Of a stretch of 64,000 nt of DNA, positions 43,151 through 56,993 are shown one piece after another; the stretch's first letter is position 1, and each line of letters begins with the position of its first letter. The DNA comes from Eledone cirrhosa (taxonomy: Eukaryota), in NCBI GenBank assembly GCA_964016885.1, contig OZ024741.1, forward strand, positions 252,960,001 to 253,024,000, written 5' to 3'. The notes under the pieces are model-generated. The model searched no databases. It was not told the DNA's origin and saw nothing but the letters and a program-made list of their open reading frames with translations. Both the position numbers and the translations under genes were made by a program.

Positions 43151-43197
43151 TATGTATACATATATATATACATTCACACACTCATATAGCTATTTTT

Positions 43198-43242
<45 letters not shown>

Positions 43243-43292
43243 TATATATGTATACATATATATATATATTCACACACTCATATACATATTTT

Positions 43293-43360
<68 letters not shown>

Positions 43361-43405
43361 TGTATACATATATATATATATACATTCACACACGCATATT
43401 TTGGC
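43065..43405. repeat. Higher-order TA/CA tandem repeat (~100 bp, 4 units)
   Basis: cattcacacactcatatacatattttta repeated. Confidence 0.75.
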
Positions 43406-43881
43406 TTTAATGTCTATTATATAACAATATAAAATAAAATAATATACATATATATATACATACACACATCAATATATGTGTGTGTGTATATATATATATA
43501 TATATACCTATATATATTTATGTATATGTGTGTGTGTGTGTGTGTGATGAATATAAAGAAATGAGAGAAAGAGGGGGAAGAGATAGAGAGAGATATATAG
43601 TGGGAAAGAGAGAGGAAGAGGAGAGAGAGATAGATTCCCTTTGTAGTCAGGCTTGCCTCCATTACACATTTTTTCCCCCTTTTGCTATTGACAGCTTTGA
43701 AAAAAGAGAAAAATCTCTCAAAAAATTCAGGGGACATGTCACTCCGTCCCCACACCCTGTCCTCTTTCAATAGGTAGAAAATATTTCACTGATAAAGCTA
43801 GCTAATATATTCTTTGGTTCATCTCTGTGTATGTATGTATTCTGTGTGTGTGTGTGCAGCATGTGTAGTGTTGAGTATGTA

Positions 43882-43926
<45 letters not shown>

Positions 43927-43927
43927 A

Positions 43928-46612
43928 GAGACACTGTTGCTAACTACCTCCCAAATATCTGACAGTGACTATATAATTATTGCAGGCGACCTAAATGGTC
44001 ACGTTGGACAACATTGTGACGGCTATGACGAAATCCATGGAGGCTATGGGTTTGGTACTAGAAATGAGGAAGGCTCCAGAATTCTGGAATACTGTGATGC
44101 AAATAACCTAACTATCTGTAACACTAACTTCAAAAAACGTGACAATCACCTGATTACCTATAGATCCGGGGAACACACAAGCCAGGTAGATTATATCCTT
44201 ACCAGAAGACGTGACAGAGTGTCTGTTGTAAACACTAAATCCCTCCCCCATGAAGAATGCACCTCCCAACATAGACTGATAATTAGCGACCTCATAGTCA
44301 GGACGAGACGCACCCGACAGCAGAAGAGGACTATCCTCAGGAGGAAAATATGGAAACTAAAAGACCCCACAGCCAGAAATAAATTTCAAAGCATATTACT
44401 TGATGCTTTCGACAGTAAGGAAGAGCATCTAGAATCGGACAATATAGAGGGACAGTGGAAATTTCTGAAAGCTAACCTGCTGTTGGCGACAGACGAAGTC
44501 TGTGGCTGGAGCAGGCCTGTAGGCAGGAGGAGAGTAACATGGTGGTGGAACAGTAAGGTGGAGGGGTCAATTAAGGCCAAAAAGCAGGCTTGGAAAGTAT
44601 GGCGGGATGGGGGAAGTAGAGTAGACTATCAAGTGGCCAGGAGGGAAGCTAGGAGAGAAGTGTACTTAGCAAGAAGGGAAGCTGAGGAAAGAAAGTTCAA
44701 GCATGTTCTACAACGCGATGACCAAAAACGTGAGGTGTTCAGGATTGCCAGGCAATGCGTCAAGGAAAACCGTGATATTGTCGGGGAGAAGTGTGTACTT
44801 AACGATGATGGCATACTTGCCATCACCGACACTGATAAGAAGGTAGCTTGGAAGTGTCACTATGAAAGGCTACTAAATGAGGAGAATAAATGGGAGAAAG
44901 ACAGTCTCCCCCATATCGACCCGATAGAGGGACCAGCAGTGTTAGTCGAGGGGAGTATAATAAGTAAGGCAATCAAGGATATGAAGAATGGTAAGGCGGC
45001 TGGGCCTTCGGAAATAGTTGCTGAGATGCTGAAGGCATCTGGCACGGTGGGACACACCATGGTCACCCGCATAGTTAACCAAGTCGTACAGAATGGGGTT
45101 GTTCCGAAGGACTGGCATAGCAGCATCATCGTTAACTGTTATAAGGGTAAAGGAGACGCCCTAGATAGGAGTAACTATAGAGGCATTAAATTAATCGACC
45201 AGGTCATGAAGGTCACGGAAAAAGTAATAGCGCAACTAATCAGAGAGAGAATTGATCTAGATGAAATGCAGTTCGGGTTTGTGTCAGGCAAAAGCACCAC
45301 AGACGCTCTTTTCATAGTACGACAACTACAGGAGAAGTACCTAGCTAAAGGTAAACCCCTCTACTTAGCTTTTGTCGACCTGGAGAAAGCCTTCGACAGA
45401 GTCCCCCGCTCCATTATCTGGTGGGCTCTTAGAAAACTAGGCGTTGACGAATGGCTTGTGAGGGCTATACAAGCCATGTATAAAGAAACAGTCAGCAAGG
45501 TTAGAATTAACAACGAATATAGTGAAGAGTTTAGCGTAAAAGTTGGCGTCCATCAGGGCTCTGTTCTCAGCCCCCTACTATTTATTATTGCCCTTCAGGC
45601 TATAACAGAGGAGTTCAAGACAGGCTGCCCATGGGAACTCCTATACGCAGACGACCTGACACTCATAGCGGAATCAATGGCCGAGCTAGAGAAGAAATTC
45701 CAAACATGGAAGCACGGCCTAGAGTCAAAAGGACTTAAAATTAACCTGGCTAAGACCAAAGTTCTAGTTTGTAGGAAAGAAAACAAGGCGGCGGTCCCTT
45801 CTGGGAAATGGTCGTGCTCGGTATGTAGGAAAGGCGTAGGTAGAAACTCCATCTTATGTCCTAAATGCAAAGTATGGGTGCATAAAAGATGTAGTGGGAT
45901 CACAGGTAAGCTAACTAAGAACATAGACTTTACATGTGGCCGGTGTTCTGGTGCAATAAGTAGCAGCAAGTGCCCACAAAATACTAGCTCTTTCAATTGC
46001 GCAGAGGGTTTTATAGAAATAGTGGACAGCTTCCGTTACCTGGGCGATAAAATCAGCAGTGGGGGAGGGTGCTCTGAAAGTACTGTAGCTAGAGTCAGAA
46101 CTGGTTGGAAAAAGTTCAGAGAGCTTATACCACTATTAGCTGCTAAAGGGTTCTCCCTAAAAATGAAAGGCAGGTTGTACGATGCCTGCATACGAACAGC
46201 AATGTTGCATGGTAGTGAGACCTGGGCATTGTGTGCAGAGGATATACGCAGACTAGAGAGGAACGAAGCTTGCATGCTCCGCTGGATGTGTAACAGTAAT
46301 ATACGTGAACGGCAAAGCATAAACGAACTAAGGAAAAAATTAGAGATAAGAGGGATCAGATGTTGTTTACTCGAGAGAAGGCTGCGTTGGTATGGACACG
46401 TGATGCGCATGAAAGTCGATAGCTGTATTACAAAGTGCAGGGCAATAAAGATAGACGGTAGCCACGGAATAGGCAGACCTAGAAAAACATGGGATGAGCT
46501 GATAAACTCCGACCTCACACACTTACACCTCTCCAAGACAATGTCACTGGACCGTGACCTTTGGCGGTACTCAGTAACAGAGAAGACCCGCCTTGCCAGT
46601 AGGCATCTCTAA
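43928..46612 (+). CDS. APE endonuclease (partial) - reverse transcriptase - PHD finger polyprotein
   Basis: GDLNGH, QVDYIL, SQHRL (APE); NYRGIKL, QFGF, FVDLEKAFD, GVHQGSVLSPLLF, YADD, FRYLG (RT); C4HC3 finger; RLRWYGHV...GRPRKTW. The ORF track start at 43814 is microsatellite read-through. Confidence 0.93.
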   Translation, partial: ETLLLTTSQISDSDYIIIAGDLNGHVGQHCDGYDEIHGGYGFGTRNEEGSRILEYCDANNLTICNTNFKKRDNHLITYRSGEHTSQVDYILTRRRDRVSVVNTKSLPHEECTSQHRLIISDLIVRTRRTRQQKRTILRRKIWKLKDPTARNKFQSILLDAFDSKEEHLESDNIEGQWKFLKANLLLATDEVCGWSRPVGRRRVTWWWNSKVEGSIKAKKQAWKVWRDGGSRVDYQVARREARREVYLARREAEERKFKHVLQRDDQKREVFRIARQCVKENRDIVGEKCVLNDDGILAITDTDKKVAWKCHYERLLNEENKWEKDSLPHIDPIEGPAVLVEGSIISKAIKDMKNGKAAGPSEIVAEMLKASGTVGHTMVTRIVNQVVQNGVVPKDWHSSIIVNCYKGKGDALDRSNYRGIKLIDQVMKVTEKVIAQLIRERIDLDEMQFGFVSGKSTTDALFIVRQLQEKYLAKGKPLYLAFVDLEKAFDRVPRSIIWWALRKLGVDEWLVRAIQAMYKETVSKVRINNEYSEEFSVKVGVHQGSVLSPLLFIIALQAITEEFKTGCPWELLYADDLTLIAESMAELEKKFQTWKHGLESKGLKINLAKTKVLVCRKENKAAVPSGKWSCSVCRKGVGRNSILCPKCKVWVHKRCSGITGKLTKNIDFTCGRCSGAISSSKCPQNTSSFNCAEGFIEIVDSFRYLGDKISSGGGCSESTVARVRTGWKKFRELIPLLAAKGFSLKMKGRLYDACIRTAMLHGSETWALCAEDIRRLERNEACMLRWMCNSNIRERQSINELRKKLEIRGIRCCLLERRLRWYGHVMRMKVDSCITKCRAIKIDGSHGIGRPRKTWDELINSDLTHLHLSKTMSLDRDLWRYSVTEKTRLASRHL

Positions 46613-46967
46613 CAAAATACACCCCTCCCGCCGCCACCCCCACCCCATCCACACCACCCCGTTCTATGTAAAGTTATGTTGGTGCCGCGCCATCCAGGCC
46701 GAAACAAATGAGATCGTGTAGGTGTCACGACAAAAAAACACACAGTCCACGCTGTAATGTGGCCGTGTAGGCAACACGGTAAAAACCTCCCAGACCCACA
46801 CTGTAAATGTGGTTGGTGTTAGGAAGGGCATCCAACTGTAGAAAACCTGCCAGACAGTCCTATGCGAGCAAGACAATCACTCTTGCCTCAAGTGGGACTA
46901 CCCCCGTCCAAACCCATGCAAGCGTGGAACACGGACGTTAAACGTTGATGATGATGATGATGATGAT
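43928..46967 (+). mobile_element. RTE-clade LINE, 5'-truncated
   Basis: Begins mid-endonuclease directly after (TA)n; 3' UTR 46613-46945 with (gat)n tail; near-identical to the 59667-63470 copy. Confidence 0.95.
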
Positions 46968-46993
46968 ATATATATATTGTACATATACTGTAC

Positions 46994-47100
<107 letters not shown>

Positions 47101-47134
47101 ATTATATATATATATATATATTATATATTATATA

Positions 47135-47174
<40 letters not shown>

Positions 47175-47300
47175 CATATCTTATATATATTTATATATAT
47201 ATATATTAGACATATATATGTGTGTGTGTATTTATGTCTAAAGAAAAAATACAATATTTTTTTGTTACTAGGATGTGTGTAAATCATTATGTATATAGAA

Positions 47301-47364
<64 letters not shown>

Positions 47365-47374
47365 ATACATACAT

Positions 47375-47429
<55 letters not shown>

Positions 47430-47796
47430 CTGTTTATATGTACTTTTAAGTGTGCATGTTTGTGAGTGAGTGTCTTGGTATGTCCATATATCAATATTTT
47501 TTAGCACATGGAATTGATCCTGTTATGTGTGACAGTTTTATAGATGTGCCTGTACTAGTAATATGTGTGCTGTGTGCCTTATGGCCTGTGTACCTAGTTG
47601 TATGTACATAGTTATGTGTATGTGTGAGTGTGAGTGTGTGTGTGATTTTGTGTGTGTGTATGATTTTGTATGTGTGTGTTTGTGTGTGTATGTGTGAGAG
47701 TGTGTGTATATGTGTGTGTGTATGTGTGAGTGTGTGTGTGTGTATGATTTTGTATGTGTGTATATGTGTGTGTGTGTATGTCTGCATTTGTGTGAT

Positions 47797-47831
<35 letters not shown>

Positions 47832-48068
47832 AAGGTCCAATATTTTATCATCTCTCAGCAACAAGGGGTTAGTGAGCAAATGCTGATTATTGCTTTAACA
47901 AAAGTCAATTCATCCTCACTCTCAAGCTAGTGATTATCTTTGCAAGTACATAACCCATTGTTTTATGGAGGAAATAAGTAATATTCAGTTTCTTTATCCA
48001 ATTTTAACAAAGCTATGTTAGAAGATTATATATATCTATATATACACACACACACACACATATATGTA

Positions 48069-48420
48069 CATCATCATCATCATCATTATCATCATCATTT
48101 TACGTCCACTTTTCCCTGCTTGCAAGGGTGGGACGGGAACTGATGCTGGCTTGATTTCTACAGCTGGATGCCCTTCCTAACACCAACCTCATTTACAGTG
48201 AGTGCTGGGTGCTTTTTTGCCGTGGCACCTCCACGACCACTTTGCAGTGGAATGATAGGGACCCCAGTCCCTATCATTTCATTTCTACAGCTGAGTAAAC
48301 TGGAGCAATGTGAAATAAAGTATCTTGCTCAAGGAAACAACACATCACCCAGTCTGAGAATTGAACTCACAACCTTTCGATTGCAAGCCCAATGCTCTAA
48401 CCACTAAGCCATGTGCCTCC
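48069..48420 (-). mobile_element. SINE family A
   Basis: Full-length copy. Confidence 0.9.
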
Positions 48421-48485
48421 ATATATATATATATACACACACAGACACACACACCCTCACATATATATATATATATATATGTGTG

Positions 48486-48517
<32 letters not shown>

Positions 48518-48523
48518 CATATA

Positions 48524-48905
<382 letters not shown>

Positions 48906-48907
<2 letters not shown>

Positions 48908-49100
48908 GGAACGAGTAGGACCCCGACGGCTGAGCTCAAGCTGTTTCGACGGCTAATTCTGGACTCCAGAATTAGCCGTCGAAACGGCTTGAGCTCAGCC
49001 GTCGGGGTCCTACTCGTTCCTATTACCCACTCTACTACCCTAAGTATTGAGTACTTTGGTGCATTATGGTTCACCTGGTTCAGTACCTCATTTCCTTCGT

Positions 49101-49102
<2 letters not shown>
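48906..49102 (+). mobile_element. Palindromic half-hammerhead element, family H
   Basis: Near-perfect hairpin 48906-49022; right arm GAAA-cggct-tgagctc-agccg-TC-ggggtcct; TTGAGTAC at 49047. Confidence 0.85.
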
Positions 49103-49131
<29 letters not shown>

Positions 49132-49139
49132 ATAATAAT

Positions 49140-49295
49140 ATTAATGATTTCTACTATAAGCACAAGGCCAACAATTTTTTGGGGAACGGAAAGTTGATTA
49201 AATCGACCCCAGTGCATGATGCTACTTTATTTATCGACTCCGTAAGATGTAAAGCAAAGCTAGCCTTTGTAGGATTTGAAATCAGAATGTAAAGG
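49140..49295 (-). mobile_element. SINE family B
   Basis: tactttatttatcgactccgtaagatg...ggatttgaaatcagaatgtaaagg. Confidence 0.65.
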
Positions 49296-49856
49296 AGAGT
49301 TATGTGCTATCAATACTGATTGTATCGTGAGTTGAACATTCATGAAATGTCATCACACCTGAATAAACATAGCAATAATATTTTGACACCTCATTTCTAC
49401 TGATTATTATTATTAACAATTTGCTTATGAAGGGGACCAATCACAGTATAACAACACATAGTAAACCAGACCCACTTATGTTAATTATTAATTTGATTAA
49501 AACTACAGGAGGCTGGACTGCTAATGTTCCTTTAAAGTTTTATTGTTGCAAAAACATTAAATATATTTCAATGGCCTGGTTACGTTAGATCCTGCTGACA
49601 TCATCAGGTGCAGATTGTATGATTAGTTGATCAATAAAGGAATTATGGCAAACACAAACAGAGAACAGAGAAAATATAGAAAATATTTGATTCAGAGATG
49701 GACAGCAAAATAGGTCTTATTGTTGCTGCAGATCATCTCTGAATAACAAGCTAGTCAACACAAAGCATTATCAGTTTGGTAGGCAAGACCAAGATGGGTT
49801 TGTGTCTTGTGTGTTAGTGACATACATCCTGCTGTTATAGATACTGCTATGTCATT

Positions 49857-49992
49857 AATTGTTTCTACTTTAGGCACAAGGCCAGCAATTACCCAGTGCA
49901 TTACAGGTACTTTATTTTATCCACCCCATAAGGATGAAAGGCAAAGTCAACCTCGGCGGGATTTGAAATCAGATCGTAAAGGGACGTAACTA
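49857..49992 (-). mobile_element. SINE family B
   Basis: ggtactttattttatccaccccataaggatgaaaggcaaagtcaacctcggcgggatttgaa. Confidence 0.8.
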
Positions 49993-50241
49993 TGTCATTA
50001 ATGATAGCTGCCAGGACCACAGCCACAGAGATGAGGGGCAATAAATTCTGTGTGATTATATGCTGGTCAAAACCGATATGTTTATCTATTTGTTCTGTAA
50101 GATTCTTGATGTGAAATCATGTGTTGAAACCGATATTGTTATATTTGGGGATGGTGATGTTGCTAATATTGCCAATAGAAAGAAAGACATGCACCATATA
50201 ATTTTCACTTTGTCTTTATTGTTTGTTATTCATTTGTTTAT

Positions 50242-50280
50242 TAAAGTTCTTTCCTCACAAATACTGTGACCTCCTCTATG
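50242..50280 (-). other. Degenerate hammerhead of the 37021-37063 family
   Basis: aaagttctttcctcacaaatactgtgacctcctc versus aaagttctttcgtcacacattctgtgacctcttc. Confidence 0.5.
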
Positions 50281-50596
50281 ATTATCTCTTTTGAGGTCCC
50301 TCTTTTTCCTGGTCTTAAACTTCTACTGCATGTTGTCTATGTTTGTTTTCATTGCAGAAGAAGTAACCAAACGGTTAACGGAGTCAAGTCTTTGGTTGCT
50401 TCCTCTACAATGACTACTTATGCTCTGTGCTTTTACCTGTCTTCAACTACCAACATCTTATCCCACGGATTACACTAATTTTGTGGCTTGCAACATTTGA
50501 TGTGAATAACACATCAAGCTTTATCCCACCTTAATAAAAACAAGAGTAAATATATCCTCTTTCAATTGTTCTCCTACTATTTATATATATATATAT

Positions 50597-51079
50597 ATTA
50601 ATAAAAACAATGAATAAAAATAAAGAACAAGTTTCTTATATTAAAAAATTCATCATTTTACGATCGTTTCTAGGATATATATGTGTGTTGGTATGTATAT
50701 CATATAGATCTATGTAAAAATATTACAAACTATCAGAGAAAATATACATACCTTCACATATATATGCTGTCTTCTTTTTTTTCTGAAGACAGCATATATA
50801 TATTTCCTCTGACAGTTTGTAATATTTTTACATAGATCTATATGATATACATACCAACACACATATATATCCTAGAAACGATCGTAAAATGATGAATTTT
50901 TTAATATAAGGAACTTGTTCTTTATTTTTATTCATTGTTTTTATTAATTTATCTTGACTCTGTTTTTCCTGAGATTTTCATCGAAAATTTTTGAATGCAT
51001 CTTCTCTTTTCATGATATTTGGATTACATTGAGTTCTTCATACGGATTGGACACTACCGTATATTTTGGTAGATTTATC

Positions 51080-51082
<3 letters not shown>
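50597..51082 (+). mobile_element. Fold-back element, ~150-bp arms (50597-50948), with hammerhead 3' half
   Basis: Near-perfect inverted arms; GAAA-cgatcg-TA at ~50875-50886; ttgagttc at 51029. Confidence 0.75.
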
Positions 51083-51160
<78 letters not shown>

Positions 51161-51164
<4 letters not shown>

Positions 51165-51234
51165 CACATCTTCAGCAGATGGCCCAAGTCATAAGATAGG
51201 TCTATGCAATATACGATAGCCATTACTACGGGAT
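51161..51234 (-). mobile_element. Inverted partial copy of 53779-53852
   Basis: attacacatcttcagcag.tggcccaagtcataagataggtctatgcaat...gatagccattactac. Confidence 0.85.
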
Positions 51235-51248
51235 ATATATATATATAT

Positions 51249-51583
51249 CATCATTTCATTTCATTTTACGTCCGCTTTTCCCTGCTTGCAAGGGTGGGAC
51301 GGGAACTGATTCTGGCTTGATTTCTACAGCTGGATGCCCTTCCTAACACCAACCTCATCTACAGTGAGTGCTGGGTACTTTTTTGCCGTGGCACCTACAC
51401 GTCCACTTTGCAGTGGAATGATAGGGACCTCAGTCCCTATCATGTCATTTCTACAGCTGAGTAAAATGGAGCAATGTGAAATAAAGTGTCTTGCTCAAGG
51501 AAACAACACATCACCCGGTCTGAGAATTGAACTCACAACCTTTCGATTGCAAGGCCAATGCTCTAAACACTAAGCCATGTACC
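51249..51583 (-). mobile_element. SINE family A
   Basis: Full-length copy. Confidence 0.9.
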
Positions 51584-51601
51584 TGTGTGTGTGTGTGTGT
51601 G

Positions 51602-51638
<37 letters not shown>

Positions 51639-51747
51639 CACATATATATATATATATATATATACATACATATTATATATAAATATATATATAGTAAAAC
51701 AATTGAATGAGGATATATATATATATATATATACATATATATACATA

Positions 51748-52857
51748 CTAGCATTAAAGCCCGGCGTTGCTCTGGGTCAGTAAGTTACCAAAGTTAGGTT
51801 GCACCACCCATTTTATGGCAGCACTTTTTTGTCTGCCAGGCACTGGGTGAATGAATTGCAGACCTGGAAGCAGGAGCTGCGCCAGCAGTGACAATTGTAG
51901 TTTCGCCTATGGATATTATCTCTGTGCAAAGAGGTGTTGAAATTTATTGTTTCACAGTACTTGCACAACACGCGCGTAGACGATGCCAGCCGAACAACAG
52001 AGCTACGATGGAGTTGTTCTGCATGGTTGTCTAATGAGTTTTCAAAATTTAAGACAGTAGGGAGGGATGTGATATGGGGGAGAGTTAGCTGCTGTTTCTA
52101 GCAGGTTTAGTGACCTCATGGAGGATATGTTTTCTAAATTTAAGACAGTAGGGAGTGATGTGATATGGGGGAGAGTTAGCTGCTGTTTCTAGCAGGTTTA
52201 GTGACCTCATAGAGGATATGTTTTCTAAATTTAAGACTGTAGGGAGTGGTGTGATATGGGGGAGAGTTAGCTACTGTTTCTAGCAGGTTTAGTGACCTCA
52301 TGGAGGATATATTTTCTAAATTTAAGACAGTAGGGAGTGGTGTGATATGGGGGAGAGTTAGCTGCTGTTTCTAGCAGGTTTAGTGACCTCATAGAGGATA
52401 TTATTGTGTATAGTAAATAAACTGATACTTCTTTCTTCCACCTTCGTTGAGAGGTTTTAAAAAAGATTTATCGCAATTTTTTTTGTTGTTGAATAAATTT
52501 ATCTGTTGCTTTTGAATAATTGTTGTTTCGTATGAAATGTAATAAGGTCTCTTTGTCATTGAAGTAAATACATGTTTGACCGTTCCACACTCCATGTATG
52601 TAGTTTTATCGAATTTTAAGGGGTGTAGAGAGAGAGGTAATCAGATTGTATTAGAGGGGTAGGCGTCATGTATTTAGTTTTATCGATTATTTCCGTAATT
52701 GTGGGTGAGTTTGAATGAAATAATTAGTCGTTGACCTATGTTAGACCATTTACAACATTCTTACAGACTTTGATTCTAATCGGTTTGAAATTGTGCAAGT
52801 GCATAAACATGGAACATGCACACACAACAACAACAATCTGCCTTTTATAGATAATGA
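51748..52857 (-). mobile_element. Non-autonomous Helitron-type element
   Basis: Minus strand 5' TCattatctataaaagg; 3' cccagagcaacgccggg hairpin then gCTAG; A|T target. Confidence 0.75.
52038..52401. repeat. 91-bp tandem repeat x4 inside the Helitron
   Basis: ttttctaaatttaagacagtagggagtg.tgtgatatgggggagagttagctgctgtttctagcaggtttagtgacctcat.gaggatat. Confidence 0.95.
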
Positions 52858-52885
52858 TATATATATAATATGTATATATGTATAT

Positions 52886-53780
<895 letters not shown>

Positions 53781-53835
53781 CCAGTAGTAATGGCTATCGC
53801 ACATTGCATAGACCTATCTTATGACTTGGGCCACC

Positions 53836-53962
53836 TGCTGAAGATGTGTAATAGCCCAGTTACATAAATATCTGCTGATATTATGTGACTTTCTGAACAT
53901 TGCAGATGTAATATCTGCATTTATAAAGTTATGTGGCACAGAAACGATTTCGTCCATGAGTT
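53836..53962 (+). ncRNA. Type I hammerhead motif with multibranched stem II
   Basis: CTGAAGA; tgtgt/gcaca enclosing two hairpins; GAAA; cga-tt-tcg; GTC triplet; proximal stem I only tg/ca. Confidence 0.5.
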
Positions 53963-54159
53963 GAAATTTTTACTTTTATCTCTACCAAAACACACCCACC
54001 ATATCTGCTATTAACTAAATGTGTGCACTCTGAACAGGAGATTGCAGCTGCATTACTGCAATTCCGCAGATTTATTGAGTGAGCTAAACTTTGGCTGGAG
54101 AAAGTCGACTTAATACCAGTGATCTTCATTACTTTTATATTATATATATATGTATATAC

Positions 54160-54221
<62 letters not shown>

Positions 54222-54473
54222 GGAGGCTTAGTAAAATCGAATGTTTGGCGGTGTGCAAGCAAACTCGACCTACTATACGAATGAGTTAGCAAAGCACTCA
54301 ACAAGGTAGGTCCTTAGAGTAATAACATACGTTTAAATAGCTTGACAAATTGAACATTGTGGTAGGCAAAATCTAACACACAATACCAAAGTAACGAAAG
54401 AACTAACACATATATATATAAACATTTATATATATATATATATATATATAAACATTTATATATATATATATAG

Positions 54474-54562
<89 letters not shown>

Positions 54563-54819
54563 AGTTGGTTTATGGACAAGGTACACTTCTACTATATATA
54601 TATTGTCTTGAATTGTTCCAAATGACTTGATTCAGCCAAGGCTATAGGTCTTCTCTCTCTTGCTTACTTTCCATCACCAGAATAACCACAAAACGTTATT
54701 TTAATCTTGAAATTTCAAAAATAGTTTCTGTTGTTTGAAACTTTTGCCCAATGCCCTTAGGCAGTTTTGTCTAATCATTTCCTTATACACATGCATACAC
54801 TCACTTACCCATACACACA

Positions 54820-54878
<59 letters not shown>

Positions 54879-54956
54879 ATGTGTGTGTGTATGTATATAT
54901 AATTGTCTATCTATAATTGGGTTCTGTTTTTTTGCCTTCCATAACACTAATCAACC

Positions 54957-55017
<61 letters not shown>

Positions 55018-55809
55018 TATACATGTGTCTGTAAAATAAGGATATAAAAAGCAAAGTTACAGTTATATCATTTAATTAATCCTACACTTGTTTCTCTGAT
55101 TTTGTTTGCTGACTATGTTTTTTCTTAAACACCATGCAGGGTTGCCTAATTGTGATTATGACACAATAGATCATGTGACTCAAAGCATGTTAACTTCCAC
55201 AGTCTGATTTTATAAATGGTTATGATCATAACAACTTTGTCCTTCTCTAGACTGGATTGTGCTCAAACTTTGCAAATCTCACCTCAGAATTCAGATAAGG
55301 TGTTCTTTATAACCTTTATTCCTTAATATACTTATATCAGTTTAACACTAAGCTGTAATGTTCCCAGTTTATAGGAATAAACTATCATCCTCTAATGTAG
55401 TGATATTATACTGAAAGAACATCTTATGAATAAGAGAAAAACAAAATCACAGCCATGGAATTAATCCATTTGCATTACACATGAGGCAAGGACTTTGGAA
55501 AGGATTATATTTGACCTGTGTATGTCATGTGGCCTGGATCCCTGTAAAGTTCCCTAAGCAATGACAATTGTGAGTGATAATCACAATTTTCATAAAGGGA
55601 TGCAAGAGAAATTGCTCTAATTATGGAGGAATCTCCTTGTTAGATCTCCCTGGTAAGGTCTATGCTATATGTCTGGGAAACATGGAATAAGGGCTGTATC
55701 CTTTTTTTCTCAAAAAAAAAAAAAAAAAAAAAGGAAATCTTGACTACAGTGGAATAAGCCTTGTGGCAATAGCTGCATAAATTTATAACTCTCTGCTGAT
55801 TAGCCACAT

Positions 55810-56490
55810 TCATCCAGAAATTAAAAAATGTATTGAGAAAATTCAAAATGGCTTTCAAAGAGGAGAATCAAATGCCAGTCAAATCTTCACCATTCACAGA
55901 ATTCTTGGAGGTGTGAAAGCTAAAAATCTAAATGCTGTTATGTTATTCGTTGATTTCTCCAAAGCATTTGATTTGATTCATTTAAGTAAAATGAAAGAAA
56001 TACTGCTAACTATAGTATACCAAATGAAACAGCAGAAGCCATGATGTTCTACAAAAACACATATTCAATGGTTTGATCTCCATATGGTGATACAGATGTT
56101 TTTGAAATTGTTGCAGGAGTGATACAAGGTGACGCTATAACACCCTATATCTTCATCATTTGCTTGGATTACATTCTCAGAAGTAATATATATCCTGCCA
56201 CAATAGTTACAGGTGCAGATTACACTAATGGTTTAGTGTTACTCTCCGATCTAATAAGCCAAGCAGAAACCTTTTTCCATAGTCTTGAACATTCTTTCAA
56301 AGGTATTAGTCTCCAACTCAGACAATACTGAATACACAAACTTAAATCAAAATGGATCAATGAAATCAGTATCCGGCACACATCTCAACTGCGTAGAATT
56401 TACTTATCTGGGAAGCAAAATCTCTAGCAGTGAAAGTGAAGTAAACATACATATTGGTAAGGCCTGGGATGCCATCAACCATCAACTATT
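55810..56490 (+). pseudogene. Decayed RTE-type reverse transcriptase fragment
   Basis: IQNGFQRGE..SQIFTIHRIL..LFVDFSKAFD..VAGVIQGD..PYIFIICLDYIL..FTYLGS..IGKAW, with stops and frameshifts. Confidence 0.85.
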
Positions 56491-56993
56491 GATTGAAGTG
56501 TCTGGCAAAAAGAAGTAGCATCTTTATATAAATAATAATTTGTCACCCACATCTTTCCAAAGAACTTAGTATTTACTTTTCTTTTTAACCGTCTTTACAT
56601 TTGATTGTAAGCACTAATCTTATAATAATCTTAAATCTATTGTTCTTTTGTTCCAGACATTGTTATCTACTGATAAAGAAGTGGTCAAGGTAGTAAATCT
56701 TTTGATATAATAACTGCCAGCTGTACATCCTTGTGATGGAGGATCTGATGTTTCATGAGGAGGCAAGCTGATAGCCCCTCCTTAAAATGTTGTTAGTTAA
56801 CAAATACCTGAGCCATAGTTATGCAGTGTGCATACTGTTAACACAACTCTGTCTCTTGCACTCATATTTTAAAACATATTTTTTGTTTCTCTCACATTTT
56901 TTAGACTTATGTTCTTATATTTTTATATATTTGTATAAATATTGTTTTCATGTATTCTTGATTATATTGTTTTATGATCATTATTGTTCATTA

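Noticed and set aside
43814-43927. N-terminal extension of the 932-aa ORF
   Set aside because: Microsatellite flank in frame by chance; homology to the second copy begins at 43928.
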